The notes beneath the pieces were generated by a model that saw nothing but the letters and a program-made list of their open reading frames with translations, did no database searches and was not told the origin of the DNA. A stretch of DNA of 34,652 bases from Octopus bimaculoides (Eukaryota): the NCBI RefSeq assembly GCF_001194135.2, contig NC_068999.1, positions 13,792,943 through 13,827,594 of the forward strand, given 5' to 3'. The translations under genes and the position numbers were made by a program. Shown here piece after piece: positions 1 through 12,526 of the stretch; position 1 is the first letter of the stretch; every line of letters starts with the position of its first letter.

Positions 1-569
1 ATATATATACAGAAAACAAAAATAAATCCGACCACTTTAAACTCGTGTATACTATTCGGAGCTTTTCGTTCCTTATGCTATTCCTAAAAGGAAAAATAAA
101 AATAAAGAAACACTATTAACTTTGATAATCAAAATCACCTCTCTTTGCACTCACTTTATATACGCAATTACATTATTAAATTGATTTTGTTAATGTTATT
201 TCCTCTCAGTGTTTGTGCAGTTATTTAGGTATATTTATATATATAGTCGGGTAAATGAAAACTTCGTTGATATACTGCAAGTAAAGAAAACCTTTGCACT
301 TCAACTACACGCACATACGTTTTTTATGACATATATTTCGTATTTTACAATTTGATTTTATAAATATTGAATACTATTAAAATATTTATTCACTCGATTC
401 TTCCTCATAAAGGTTTGCAAGATAATTCAGTAGTTTCTTTGTTCTTCTTATTTTTATTTATTATTTATTTAATATATTTCACAATTTTATGGCACTAACT
501 TTCCTGAAACTTGGGTTCATTTATTATTTGATAGAAAGAAGTGACTCTTCATTCAGAAGAACATGTACA

Positions 570-618
570 CATGTATGTATGTATGTATGTATGTATGTAT
601 CTATATTTACTTATATGC

Positions 619-657
<39 letters not shown>
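570..657. repeat. (TATG)n followed by (TA)n microsatellite
   Basis: Direct simple repeat; explains the ORF at 489..689. Confidence 0.95.
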
Positions 658-658
<1 letters not shown>

Positions 659-664
659 CACCGC

Positions 665-1240
665 GACCTTCATTGGAACCCGAAGCTGACAGTCATCTCA
701 GCCCATAGTCCAACCGAGAAGGACAGTGATGCGAGTGCAGTGGAGTTCCATGAGGAAGTGTTTAGAACTGTCAAAACCACACCACATCATATCATCCTGC
801 TAATTCTACGTAACCTCAATGCCCATCTGACTAAGGAGAGCGGTGAAGATTCTTGCTGATACTTCCATAACAGCACCAACCGAAACCGGAGATTATCGAT
901 TGTCACTCTGCTGGAAGCGAACTTGATGGCAACCAACCCAGGTTTTAGAAAGAATCCGGTAAATATGTGGACCTACTAATACGCACCTGTCCAAGTCCCA
1001 GATTGATTTCATTCTGCTGAGGAAAAAACGTCGGAATAGTGTTCTGAACACAGAATGATACAACTATTTTCGATAAACTGGGCAGTGAGCATCGGCTTCT
1101 TATGTGTAAAATCCGAGTGTGCATAAAAACGAGTAAGGCTCAGCCGTGGGCAGCAATCTATGACTGGGGAGCTTTCAACTAATATGTTAAGCTAGAGGAG
1201 AGGTACACAGCAGAAGTGAGGAATAGGTTCTGTGCTCTGT
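665..1240 (+). mobile_element. Degenerate non-LTR retrotransposon (RTE-like) APE endonuclease fragment
   Basis: Manual translation with stops and frameshifts gives KLTVISAHSPTE..EFHEEV..RNLNAHL..NRNR..NLMATNPGFRK..WTY / KSQIDFIL..NSVLN / LGSEHRLLMCKIR and linker RYTAEVRNRFCAL. These match the APE motifs Y(A/S)PT, GDxNAH, NxNG, QIDxIL and SDHR. Confidence 0.85.
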
Positions 1241-2507
1241 TTGCTATGTTTTACTATTTTTATGCGCCATGATTTTCTTGAAGTAATTCATAAATGGACA
1301 AATGCTGAAGGTCAGATTGTATAAAAATGTCGATGGAAGGAAATTTATCACTCTGGATTAAATAAATTAATTGGACTGATTATTCTTATAGGTGTTTATA
1401 AATCTAAAAATGAAAATGTCACACATGTATGGAGTGAAGATGATGGCCGCCCAAAGTTCAACAAAATTACGAGCCGAGGAAGATTTCAACAGATTCTAGA
1501 AGTATTGCATGTTGATGATGCTAGTGGAGGAAGAAAAAAGGTAAGTGATGATAAGTTGGGGCCCGTAAGAGAAGTATTTGAAATTCGGAAAGAGGACTTG
1601 CAAGATGGATGTCTGCCAAGTTAATGCATGACCACTGATGAACAATTGGTTTCATTCAGAGGGTACTACACATTCCGGGTATATTTTCCTTCAAAACCGG
1701 GGAAATATGAAATGAAAATTTGGGCAAACTGCGACAGTGAAAATATCTTATGCCTGGAAAATACATATCTCCACTGGAAAAGATCCAGTAAAAGGGAGAG
1801 AGCAAATCAATGTTTAAGAGTCCTTGAAGACCTAGTAAAAGAACTAGAAAATACTGGTTGCAATATAACTTGTGTTAATTGTTTTAGAAGTCTACATAAG
1901 TTGGTAAGGACATACACTTGCAAAAGAATGACTTGAAGATGGTCTATGGTTATATTGTACCACATGATTGATATAAGTTCAGTGAATTCTTTCATTGTTG
2001 CTAAACAGTTTCACTTCCAAAATTTCAAGGATAAAAGAAGACTACCTAATTCAGTTAGGAAAGGAACTTACTGGAGTTAATGCTAAACAATAACATGACA
2101 AACAATCTTCTAGTTCCGCAAACATTTCTCAACCAAACAAGACAAGAAGCCGATCTTCAGCTTCATTTGAGATTCCTCAGCCAAAGAAAAAGGAAGATGT
2201 TCTTCGTGTGGCCACCAAAACAACAGGAAAACTCGCATTACATGTAATAATTGTAATATCTATTTTTCTCAAAATCGTTCCAATGTTGCCTGCATTCACT
2301 GACATGAAGAGTTGTAATTCTGTATTTTTGAAATATTTCAAAATTTCTAATATATTCTGTAAGCTATATTGTCTTATTAAAATTTGTGAGAAACATTTAT
2401 TCTTCATTCACCTGATAGCATATATAATGTAACTTGCAATAATAGTAAGTTGAATAAAATTTTATTAAAAAAATATTGGGTCCATTGTACCCAATCGGTA
2501 GTTAGTG
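1241..2507 (+). mobile_element. piggyBac (PGBD-like) transposon relic, 5'-truncated and internally deleted
   Basis: Translation gives IGLIILIGVYKS..WSEDDGRP..SRGRFQQILEVLHVDD..DKLGPVREVF..TDEQLVSFRG..YFPSKPGKYEMKIWANCD (first catalytic D). It continues NITCVNCF (second D lost), then LVRTYTCKRMT*RWSMVILYHMIDIS and a Cys-rich tail (GRCSSC..RKTRITCNNC). A probable right terminus gggtccattgtacccaatcggtagttagtg lies at 2478-2507; the TTAA target site is not preserved. Confidence 0.9.
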
Positions 2508-2912
2508 ACATGCATTTTCTCTTTTAGACCAAGCGTTACGACGGTTTCTACAGCATATATAACTCGAACTTGAACATCTTTCTACTGCAACAACAACTCT
2601 TTTCTCTGAATGCAATTATGCATCCTAGTCGCTAAAAGTTTGTAATAAAACATATTCAATTTCTTGGGAACTACTTAGTAAAGCCAAACCATTTACAATT
2701 GGCGATAATAGATGTGACTCTGGTGAGGAGAAACTGTACCAAATTTTCACATTTTAAAATTTTCTCTTAGAAGCACTAGACAAGAACAGGCTCTATGATG
2801 TCCACACTTGGTTGAATATACTTTCCAACGATTTCAATAAACACAGCTTACAATCTATAGTAATTATGCTAGTCTTAATAATGTTTATAATAATTAATTA
2901 TACTTATACAAA

Positions 2913-2976
<64 letters not shown>

Positions 2977-3000
2977 GTAAATAATAATAACAATAATACT
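2913..3000. repeat. (TAC)n plus (AAT)n microsatellite
   Basis: Direct simple repeat. Confidence 0.95.
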
Positions 3001-4184
3001 AATTGAGTGTATAAAACCAAGTGAAATACCTCTAAATAATGTATGTACACTATGCAGCACAATATTTTTTTAAAAATGCTAAAATTAACTGTAATCTACG
3101 CTTCAAATGTAATATCAGTATGTGTGATTATAAACCCACAATTCCTTTGGATTTAAAACAGAAACGTTATCACATTTAACTGAATACCAGCGATGGATAC
3201 CGGTTCGAACTACTTCACTTTAGAAACGTAGTGAGTTTTGGACGTTTGATGAAACTGTAGCTACTACGATGCATAGTTGCATAGAGAGGAGACGTACATG
3301 TACATCACCCTAATTTATGTACTCAGAACTTACTGTATAACACATGCAGGCTCTGTCAGTCTTCTTTGTTAACTCATCTTTGCTATACATGTACATGACA
3401 AACGTACGTTTGTGCTTTCTGTTACGTGTGTGCTAATTATCTATGTCGAAGACAGAAATTTGTGAAACATTCGATTCTGAATTTTATATCTTTCGTAGAC
3501 AAAATTCAACGAGGGTTTTAGTCACCAATAAATATAAGTACAACATTAGTGTACATACAATGGCTGAGAGAAATCTGTGATCCGGTACTTCTGATATCTA
3601 TTTATCGACCCGTGACTTTCCAAGTGCCTGTGTTGATTGCCAGTATATATCCTATCTAAAATGCATACCATTTAACTAGCACAGAAGTCACTTTTATTGT
3701 ACATAGGTGAGAAGGCGTCATATACATTCAATAATTTACCATCAAAACATTTATTCGGAATTAACATAAATATAAAGCAAACTTATAATCGAATTCATGT
3801 TACCTCCCAACTACATTTAAACGAAATATAACTTCCGTATATATTAGCATATATTCTCCATCGGTTGTGTCACTGATTATATTAAATTTATCAAATTTAT
3901 CAAATATGTGGAATAAACATACGATAATATTCCAGACAATTCTTTCTATATTTCTGCAGCTATTGTGTGATGTTCTGTTAACAGTACATGTTATTTCATA
4001 CGTAGGCGTGATTTATATATAAACTGAAATGTAGACTCACCACGGACAGATATGGGGAAATCGTAAATTGTTATTTGTAATCTTACCTATACAATCTGTT
4101 TTCGCTGCGCTATAAAATCATCACCATCTCGTGGACGGCGTTGCCGTCATCGTCGAAGTTGTCTTCATTATCATTTTCATTTCA

Positions 4185-5320
4185 CTAAGAGCTATTGAAT
4201 TCAATTGCTCTGGCTAATTCTGTAGAGCCGAGGACGACCTGTTGTCAAGTATCTTAAGAGGGCTTCTTTCACAATACTTAATTGGTTGTTAACCCTTACA
4301 ATACACATAGAACCACTGCACTACTGCAATGACAGTACTTCCTTCATTATCCACATTCGTGTCATCTCACCGTTTACAAGCATGTGCTTCGGAAACTTCT
4401 GTAGTTCCTTATCAGCAACTCGTACATCGCCGGGAATAAATCTTCTGCTTTATGTTCGTGCCATTTCAAAGTCTTTTTTAAGATGGTATTTATAACCTAA
4501 TCTTCAACGAAAATACCTAGCTATGTTTCCATACCTCGTCTTGTAGCCCTCTTGGGAAAGTGTGTTGCTCTCACTCAAAAGTTTTTTTTACGCCGCACAG
4601 CCTACTACTGTGTGATTCACTACTCTTCTCTAATTGGAACTCAGTGTAATTAGTTCTCTGTGTTTCTTCCTGAGTGCTGTATATCAATACCTCAGTGCTT
4701 CCATTCAAATGACTTTTCCTCAACCATCTCCATATGTTGGTCTTGTCCTTCACTTCCATTGTTTTTGAGGTATTGTACACGTATCGGTTTCGCATTCCTG
4801 TTAAAACTTTGCTCTACATCTTGTTTCTTAGCTTTTTTAGTGCGTTCACTAGATATTGTGTTGCTACTTCTAATAGCAACAATCAGAGATTCAAGTAGCT
4901 CTTTAAGCCTACCATGCTAGACCGGTTTTCTCATTCACAATATATATATCGCATTCTATATGACCTCCTCCTTCTTTGTTTCAAGACACAACTTAATGAC
5001 ATCACTATTATGTTGCAGTTTCTTGTTCATTGTCATAAATCTTATTTTTCTCTCCACTTCTTCAAGCACATTCTAAATCTATCTCACATCACCTACACCG
5101 TATAACATTAAGGAGGCAACCAGTGTATTCATTGCTCTGATTTTGTACTTTCAACTGAGTCTGATCTTCGTAATTAACTTGGTTGTTTCTCCTGAGGTAT
5201 TCTCGCCTAAAGTTTTCCTTCCTCTCATTCTCCTTGATATTGTCATACGCCAAAATATATCTCTATCCATCTAACTCAACATCCTTAATTATGTCCCCGT
5301 TCCGTACTTATCATCAACAG
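4185..5320 (-). mobile_element. R4/Dong-like RLE LINE relic (post-RT thumb, zinc-knuckle region, C-terminus)
   Basis: Minus-strand translation gives DNIKENERKENFRREYLRR, KIRAMNTLVASLMLYG, EVERKIR..DV, WRWLRKSHLNGSTEVLIYSTQEE..RTN..RLCG, KWHEHK and QQVVLGS. The PD..DxK nuclease segment appears deleted. Confidence 0.85.
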
Positions 5321-5414
5321 ATGACAATTGCATTATTCATTATTATAAGCAGGCAGCAATAATCGAACATTTCATCTAGATATCCTTACTATGTTTGTGT
5401 ATATTTTATTCATT

Positions 5415-5764
5415 TATTTCTTCCAGTCAATTGACTGCACCTTTAGTCGAATAAATGGATGCCAGGACTTACTTTTGTAAGCCTAGTATTATTCTATCGG
5501 TGTCTTTTGCCGAACCGCTAATTTACAGGGAGGTAGGCACACAAACATCGGTTGTCAAGCGATGGTGAGTGGACGCATACAGATACACAGACACATACAC
5601 ACATATATATATACCAAGGGTTTGTTTCAGTTTTCGTCTACCAGATCCACTCACAAGGCTTTGGTCGGCCCGAAGATATAGCAGAATACACTTTCCCGAG
5701 GTCCTACGCAGTGGGACTGAACCCAGAACCATGTGGTTGGTACAGCACAGCCTCTCCTGCGCCT
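5415..5764 (-). mobile_element. tRNA-derived SINE (family 1) with internal microsatellite
   Basis: The reverse complement starts taggcgcaggag..ggttctgggttcagtccc (B-box-like), then body, (TA/CA)n and a 3' module (catcgcttgacaaccgatg..gactgg). The architecture matches 25508-25946. It resembles an abundant octopus SINE (recall). Confidence 0.85.
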
Positions 5765-5797
5765 ATATATATATATATATATATATCTATATATATA

Positions 5798-5832
<35 letters not shown>

Positions 5833-5951
5833 NNNNNNNNNNNNNNNNNNNNNNNNNNNNNNNNNNNNNNNNNNNNNNNNNNNNNNNNNNNNNNNNNNNN
5901 NNNNNNNNNNNNNNNNNNNNNNNNNNNNNNNNNNNNNNNNNNNNNNNNNNG

Positions 5952-5982
<31 letters not shown>

Positions 5983-6039
5983 GGGGGGGTATGTAGGTTT
6001 CAAATGTTGCCATAAGACCGGCAGTTTCGGAGCGAAGAT

Positions 6040-6200
6040 TTCGTCTATTAAAACGACCTCAAATGCCACGTATTTTAGGGAACTAGGAAGGAAACAATAT
6101 AAATTTGACTTCAGCAGAATTTGAACCCAGACTGCAAAGACGGGCGAAATGCCACTAACCATTCTTCCCGGCGTTCCAATGTTTCTGCCATTTCGCCACG
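6040..6200 (-). mobile_element. tRNA-derived SINE (family 2), degenerate
   Basis: The reverse complement has ggcgaaatggcagaaacattggaacgccgggaagaatggttagtggcatttcgcccgtctttgcagtctgggttcaaattctgctga with B-box GGTTCAAAT. It is similar to 12251-12328. Confidence 0.7.
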
Positions 6201-8479
6201 ATATTATGTATTTTGACATTATTGGAGTGTGAGTGAATTGTGTACCATCTAATATTCTGCTGGAATAAATTTTAATTTATATATTTCATTTTCTTTCTAT
6301 AAATTATATTATAGGCTTACGTTTCGCACGTTCATCCCCTGTCTCTCCCTATATAATATTTTTTCTCTCCAATACATATTTCCTGTTTAACATAAGATCC
6401 ACCATTTTAAATATTACTCTCTTCGCATGTGTCCATCTCAATCTGTGTACATTCTAATATATATGTTATTTTTTTCTATTTACAATTCTTCGAACGTTGA
6501 GCAAATTTTAAATATGCTTTTAATCGAATGTATTTTTTTCTATGTAAATACATTCAAACTGTTGTTAATCTCACGGTGACATCCTCTCTTGCTTCCTTAT
6601 CATCTTCTTTAAAATATCATCTTGTTTATTTGCCTATATCTTATGATTCCTCTTTTTTTATTTGTATATCTGACGGCAACGTTTCAATTCCCTTTTATCG
6701 ATCTAGAAATCATCACCCAGATTCTAAATTTTTATATTTTGTTTGTTGATAAAGGAATTCGTAATTCAAAATATATTTTATACTTTTCTGATGTTTTCGA
6801 GTAACTATTAAAGATGACGTTACCTCCATCTTGTCTTATTTATTCTAAACAATATATATCATTCTCCCTGAATGTATAACTTTTGAATAAAAAAAAAAAG
6901 GATTCCATTCAATTACTCTCCAGAACACGATGTATAAAAACTGACAATGGATGCATTGGACCCATTGAAACTGTCATAGAGAGATTTTGAATTAAATCTG
7001 AAGATATTACATGCAGAATTACAGCAAATGTAGAAGCTTTAAAATATTGTATAATTCTTTCATTCTAACTACGTATTTCGTATAATAAAATTGAAGTATT
7101 ATCTCTTTTTCTTTGTAACATATATACACAAAGCACATATGTTTTCATATATAGGCAAACATACACGCACATACACACATGTATATTGATATAAACACAG
7201 TTATAGATAGTGAGATTGGGAAATAGATAGATAGGTATGTAGATTTGTAGGTAGGTGGGTAGGTTGGTAAATAGGCAGGTAGGTAGGCATATATATACAT
7301 ACAAAGAGAGATAGTTTGATAGATAGATATATATATGGATGTATATANNNNNNNNNNNNNNNNNNNNNNNNNNNNNNNNNNNNNNNNNNNNNNNNNNNNN
7401 NNNNNNNNNNNNNNNNNNNNNNNNNNNNNNNNNNNNNNNNNNNNNNNNNNNNNNNNNNNNNNNNNNNNNNNNNNNNNNNNNNNNNNNNNNNNNNNNNNNN
7501 NNNNNNNNNNNNNNNNNNNNNNNNNNNNNNNNNNNNNNNNNNNNNNNNNNNNNNNNNNNNNNNNNNNNNNNNNNNNNNNNNNNNNNNNNNNNNNNNNNNN
7601 NNNNNNNNNNNNNNNNNNNNNNNNNNNNNNNNNNNNNNNNNNNNNNNNNNNNNNNNNNNNNNNNNNNNNNNNNNNNNNNNNNNNNNNNNNNNNNNNNNNN
7701 NNNNNNNNNNNNNNNNNNNNNNNNNNNNNNNNNNNNNNNNNNNNNNNNNNNNNNNNNNNNNNNNNNNNNNNNNNNNNNNNNNNNNNNNNNNNNNNNNNNN
7801 NNNNNNNNNNNNNNNNNNNNNNNNNNNNNNNNNNNNNNNNNNNNNNNNNNNNNNNNNNNNNNNNNNNNNNNNNNNNNNNNNNNNNNNNNNNNNNNNNNNN
7901 NNNNNNNNNNNNNNNNNNNNNNNNNNNNNNNNNNNNNNNNNNNNNNNNNNNNNNNNNNNNNNNNNNNNNNNNNNNNNNNNNNNNNNNNNNNNNNNNNNNN
8001 NNNNNNNNNNNNNNNNNNNNNNNNNNNNNNNNNNNNNNNNNNNNNNNNNNNNNNNNNNNNNNNNNNNNNNNNNNNNNNNNNNNNNNNNNNNNNNNNNNNN
8101 NNNNNNNNNNNNNNNNNNNNNNNNNNNNNNNNNNNNNNNNNNNNNNNNNNNNNNNNNNNNNNNNNNNNNNNNNNNNNNNNNNNNNNNNNNNNNNNNNNNN
8201 NNNNNNNNNCCTAAATAAATTTCGAAATTGTGACGATACGAGTATACCTGGGTTTTCGGTTTACGATTCTTTTCGTTATTTTTACGAGAGCATAGATATT
8301 TTGCTCATTGTCCCGCCTTCAATTAATGCTTATGAGTGAAACTTTGTGGTTATAGGTTATAGTTGTCTTCTGACTGTTTAATTTCTATGTATATATATGT
8401 GTGTGTGTGTGTGTGTGTATGTATGTCTGCTTGTCTGTCTGTATACATATATGTGTGTGTGTGTATACACAACCACACA

Positions 8480-8795
8480 CAATCAACCTGATTCTGTGTT
8501 CTGTTTCTGTCTTGGAGTCAACTTCATCTTGTATTGTTCTCAATCCTTTCACTCAAGATTCTACTTCAACCCCATGTTTGATGTGTTAGCCCACAATTAT
8601 TTAGTTTACCAGTTACTCTGTTGTCCATTTCAAATTTCGTATCATGATTTTCTTACAGACTGTAATTTGCTCGTTATTATTCCATAATATGTTATCATTG
8701 TGGTCTTGATTTTTGAGAATATGTGCCTTTGTACGTTTAGCTTTCTTTGGAGACCGTCCTCTGTTAGCCTGTTTAACGTTATCGGGCGCCATCAC
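8480..8795 (-). mobile_element. Possible highly decayed RTE-like LINE C-terminal fragment
   Basis: Loose motifs IMIRNLKW, KHG and RTIQD in the expected order, with many stops. Confidence 0.3.
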
Positions 8796-9453
8796 CCTAT
8801 CTACATATNNNNNNNNNNATTGCGATTGCTTATATTCATATTCACTTGTGATATATATATATATACACACACATACACACACACACACGCATACACATAT
8901 GTGTGTGTGTGTATGTATATAAACATGTGTATGTATGCGTGTGTATTTGTGTCTGTGTGTGTGTGTGTGTGTTTGGGGGTATGCTTTGACGTACGTTATA
9001 AATTTTACGGAAACATTTCGCTATTTAACTTACATATGTATCTTCTGTCTAGGTAGCATTTCACTACATGTACCATGATTCATACGCATTTTGCTACGCA
9101 TAGTATTCTGTAATGATAAGAATCAATATAGTAGCAGACGTATCTCATGATTGAATGTATATATGTTAGGGCAGAATTATTACATGCCTGCCTATGCTGC
9201 AACGAGCATGTAGACTCCACCATATCTGTTATACTATAACTGAGCCGACATAACGTTTCCTTGCTGCCGTAGACAAATTCATTTGTAATTTTATACGTTA
9301 GTTTATATCCATGAATACGTACACTCTTCCAAGTTGCTTTTCATTTTCCCGTTAATGAATCTCCAGACAAATATATTGTATATAGAAAGTAAATAAGACA
9401 AGAGAACAAATTGAATGACGATGTAATTAAAGTGAAATATTGTTCGTGTGTAG

Positions 9454-9508
9454 GCTAACTCGCGATTCAAAGAGTTATTTCACTATATCCTCGAAGTGAG
9501 AAATAATG
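9454..9508 (+). CDS. Candidate 55-nt coding exon (ANSRFKELFHYILEVRNN), product unknown
   Basis: Flanked by tgttcgtgtgtag and a strong donor ATG|gtaagc; only one frame is open. No homology recognised. Confidence 0.25.
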
Positions 9509-9809
9509 GTAAGCAACTTTGGACATGAAGCTTTGAAGTAGTCAGTTGTATCATCAAGGGAACCATTTCGATATCAACTGAGATTAGAAATAATAATTTT
9601 AGACGAATAAATTAGTGTTGAATTAGATATTTTAGCTGATATTTTGAAATTATTCTGCCTCTTAGTCGACACAATTTGCGTCTTGCATATTGGAGATAAA
9701 GTAAATGTGTGAAAGAAGGAACAAAATAATCCCTGCTGTCAAAAATCCCTCTAAAAGAAAGCTGCAAATGAACCGGGAGAGTAAAACTCATGAATAATGG
9801 CAGTGCTCG

Positions 9810-9810
<1 letters not shown>

Positions 9811-9868
<58 letters not shown>

Positions 9869-9882
9869 TAATAATAATAACA
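9811..9882. repeat. (AAT)n microsatellite
   Basis: Direct simple repeat. Confidence 0.95.
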
Positions 9883-9959
9883 ACATTAATTATAGTCATA
9901 ATCAATAAAATTAATACGTTCAGTTTTGTTTGTGTTTGTACGTGCGCATGATGAGTGCC

Positions 9960-10475
9960 AAAGCGAGAAAGAGGCTGACAGAGAGAAAGTAAGAGAGAAT
10001 AAAAGCAATAAGAGAGAAAGAGAGAGAGAGTGTGTGAGAGACAGAGAGCGAGTGAGAGAGAAAGTGACAGAGTGAAAAATACTGTAAGTGATGACGGCGT
10101 CCGTTTTGTTTTCAAACATTTCAGAAAGGACGTAAGACAGAAAGAAAGTGAGTGAGAGAGAAAGAGAGTGAAAGAGAGAAAGAGTGAAATGCACAGTAGT
10201 GGTGACGGCGTTTGTTTGGTGCTTTTAAATGCTTCAAAAAGACGTAAGAGAGAAAGAAAACTAGTGAGAGAGAGAAAGAGAGACAGCGAAAGAGACGCTG
10301 ANNNNNNNNNNCGTTTGTTTGGTGCTTTTAAATGCTTCAAAAAGACGTAAGAGAGAAAGAAAACTAGTGAGAGAGAGAAAGAGAGACAGCGAAAGAGACG
10401 CTGATGATGATAATGATGGTGAAGTGGAGGGGGGAGGAGGAGGAGGAGGAGGAAGAGGAGGTGGAGGAGGGGAGC
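9960..10475. repeat. (GA)-rich low-complexity tract with a ~111-bp diverged tandem duplication and a (GGA)n run
   Basis: gacggcgt..acgtaaga cores at 10093 and 10204. An exact 93-bp duplicate across the 10-N gap is probably an assembly artefact. (GGA)n at about 10426-10473. Confidence 0.85.
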
Positions 10476-10524
10476 ATTTCAACGACAATATCAATTGTGA
10501 TAATAATAATAAAGAAGTTGGGGG

Positions 10525-10790
10525 TCTGATCTACGAAGAGAAAAGGGAAAATTGAATCATTTGCTATTCATGGACAACCTGCAGTTATTCCCAAAAACTG
10601 AGGCAAAACTGGACCTCCATTGATATTATGATGGAGTTTGGACTCACAGAATATGCTACGATGTTGATGAGACGAGGAAAGCTAGCCAGGACAGAAGGCA
10701 TATATTTGCCAAGTGGTGAAATGACGAAGGCAATACAACCATAATCCAGTTATAAATACCTGGGAATACTTGAGGAGACAGAAGAAGAAG
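10525..10790 (+). mobile_element. R4/Dong-like LINE reverse transcriptase fragment (domains 5-7)
   Basis: GKLNHLLFMDNLQLF (FMDD catalytic motif decayed), MEFGL..MRRGKL..EGIYLPSGE and YKYLGILEE. Confidence 0.85.
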
Positions 10791-10799
10791 AGGAACATC

Positions 10800-11300
10800 A
10801 GTTCTGTCCTTTTCTATATTATTGTCTTTCTGATTGTGTTCACTGCGATTACTTCAGAGCTTCTAAGAGTGACTCTTCTTCCATTACGTTTTAATATACG
10901 TCTTGCACTCTTAAATAATCCATTAAGAGTTTTATATTTTCTTGTAGTTTACACCCATCTCGTTGAAATCATTATCACTCGATTTGTGGTCTTAGATGTT
11001 TCAGCGACGGAATTTGCGTTAATTTCCGCAGTGTAGAGGCGTTGGTTGAATCTACATGGTTTACGTGTGAATTATATTTTTTTAAGTCTTCCTTTTTCGT
11101 TGTTGTCGATTTGTAGACGCGTAATTTTCCTTTGATATTGTAGTTGATGTTGGTACTGGATATTTTCTTGTTGCTGCGACAACCTTTTTCGTTTTTCATA
11201 GATTAATCAGGTGTGTTATTGATCGTGAAAGAAAATTTCGCCTTGACATCTACCTACCAATTTCCTCACAATTTGGTTCGGTGTTGAAGTCGACGCCATA
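10800..11300 (-). mobile_element. Possible Penelope-like element ORF N-terminal relic
   Basis: Begins aatATGGCGTCG (MASTSTPNQ...) and has a broken frame containing LQYQRKITRLQIDN, loosely resembling PLE N-terminal regions. Recall-based and weak. Confidence 0.3.
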
Positions 11301-11519
11301 TTAAATTTAGCTAAAAATTTCGAAAGACACTCATTGTCTACTCATAACACCACACATTATTCAACAATAAAGATGCGACAAATATACTTATAACAATAAA
11401 AACAAGCCACAAATTGAAAGAGCGTTCGCGGCTTGTCTACAATTGAAAACCACCAACAACAACAGAAATGATAAAATATTAATAATGGGCTACAGCAAAT
11501 GCTCTACTGAATACCAGAG

Positions 11520-11870
11520 ATTTGCTTGTCAGTTGTTTGACCTTAATCAGTTGTGTATGTCCCTTAGTGAATGACGATATGTGCATCTCTGAGCACGAAC
11601 AGAAGTAGTGGGAGAGTATTTATAGAAGTGTGGAAAGAAATTATTTCGAGCTTGAATAATTTAACGTTGAACAACTGGGTGTTTTGTTAAACAGCATTTT
11701 ACGATACTTATTCGAGGATCTTTTGAGCGGGATGAGCTACTCGACCCGAAGAAAATTTTGACTGGGCCCCACCTGCTAGGTCATGCGCTGATTATCTGGA
11801 TATGCGATTACTGAGTCGCGCACATATGGTTGTGATGCGTGAGCCTGGTGTACTCATACGGAGATTAAAG
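11520..11870. mobile_element. Interspersed repeat of unknown class
   Basis: Higher-GC block (ttgaccttaatcag..gagcgggatgagctactcgacccgaagaaaatt..gggccccacctgc..gtcgcgcacatatggttgtgatgc) resembling a common octopus interspersed repeat. Recall only. Confidence 0.5.
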
Positions 11871-12250
11871 TCTTACAGCTGAACCTCGGTTTGAGTGAAA
11901 TGAATGTCAATATCAAGTAATTAATCCAAATGCTTATATAGAATTAAAACCAACATTTCTCACAGTGTTATCGTGTTTGTTATTTCTTTATTCATTTTGA
12001 GGACTGATGTAGAGATTATACTTGTCGTCTGAGTTCTGTGTAGTCGTTTTTGAAAATGTTTTGCCCTTCCAACATCCTCCTCTTTGTTGCAGTTGAATTA
12101 ATGGTATAAAGTCTGCAACATTTCTTTATGTTATTGTTTTAAATTATTGTTTATGTTAATGGTATTAAGTCTGCTATATATCATATTTGTGCTTGCCAAA
12201 ATATATATTTTTTATATATATTCCTTTTTTGCGACATTATTATTGAGACT

Positions 12251-12328
12251 GTGAGCTGCAGAATCGTTAGCGGCCAGGACGAAATGCTGAGTGGCATTTC
12301 CCCCTCTCTACGTTCTGAGTTGCAATTT
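12251..12328 (+). mobile_element. SINE family 2 head fragment
   Basis: gagctgcagaatcgttagcggccaggacgaaatgctgagtggcatttc..tacgttctgagttgcaatt aligns by eye with the reverse complement of 6040-6200. Confidence 0.65.
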
Positions 12329-12334
12329 TGTTCA

Positions 12335-12525
12335 GGTGCTGTGTTCGATGTTTTGATAGAACTTTTCTAAGGTTGTTCCTTCGCCGACCCTATTTTGTTA
12401 TAAAATTCTTCCACTACTTCTGCTGTTGGTGCAGCATTAATCTCTATTTTATTTTTGTGAAGTTCTGGTAGAAACTCTCGGGGTTGCAGTTGAACTGTTT
12501 ATATTAATCAAAGAAACATTGGTGT
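12335..12525 (-). mobile_element. R4/Dong-like LINE pre-RT fragment
   Basis: QFNCNPESFYQNF..IEINAAPTAEVVEEFYNKI matches the NxxFxxNxKxFY..P..E..FW..IW region upstream of the RT in R4-clade ORFs. Confidence 0.6.
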
Positions 12526-12526
12526 T

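Noticed and set aside
2803-3024. Short inverted repeat (cacttggtt..aaccaagtg) flanking (TAC)n, as a possible MITE
   Set aside because: Only about 9 bp are perfect, there is no target-site duplication, and this is expected by chance in AT-rich DNA.
7316-8339. Long ORFs of 291-411 aa here and at 15633-16868, 18005-18385 and 33952-34456
   Set aside because: They are open only because they run through N gaps; they carry no information.
10209-10404. Perfect 93-bp direct repeat suggesting a recent duplication
   Set aside because: The two copies sit exactly on either side of a 10-N gap, typical of unmerged contig overlap. The same pattern occurs around 13775-13784.
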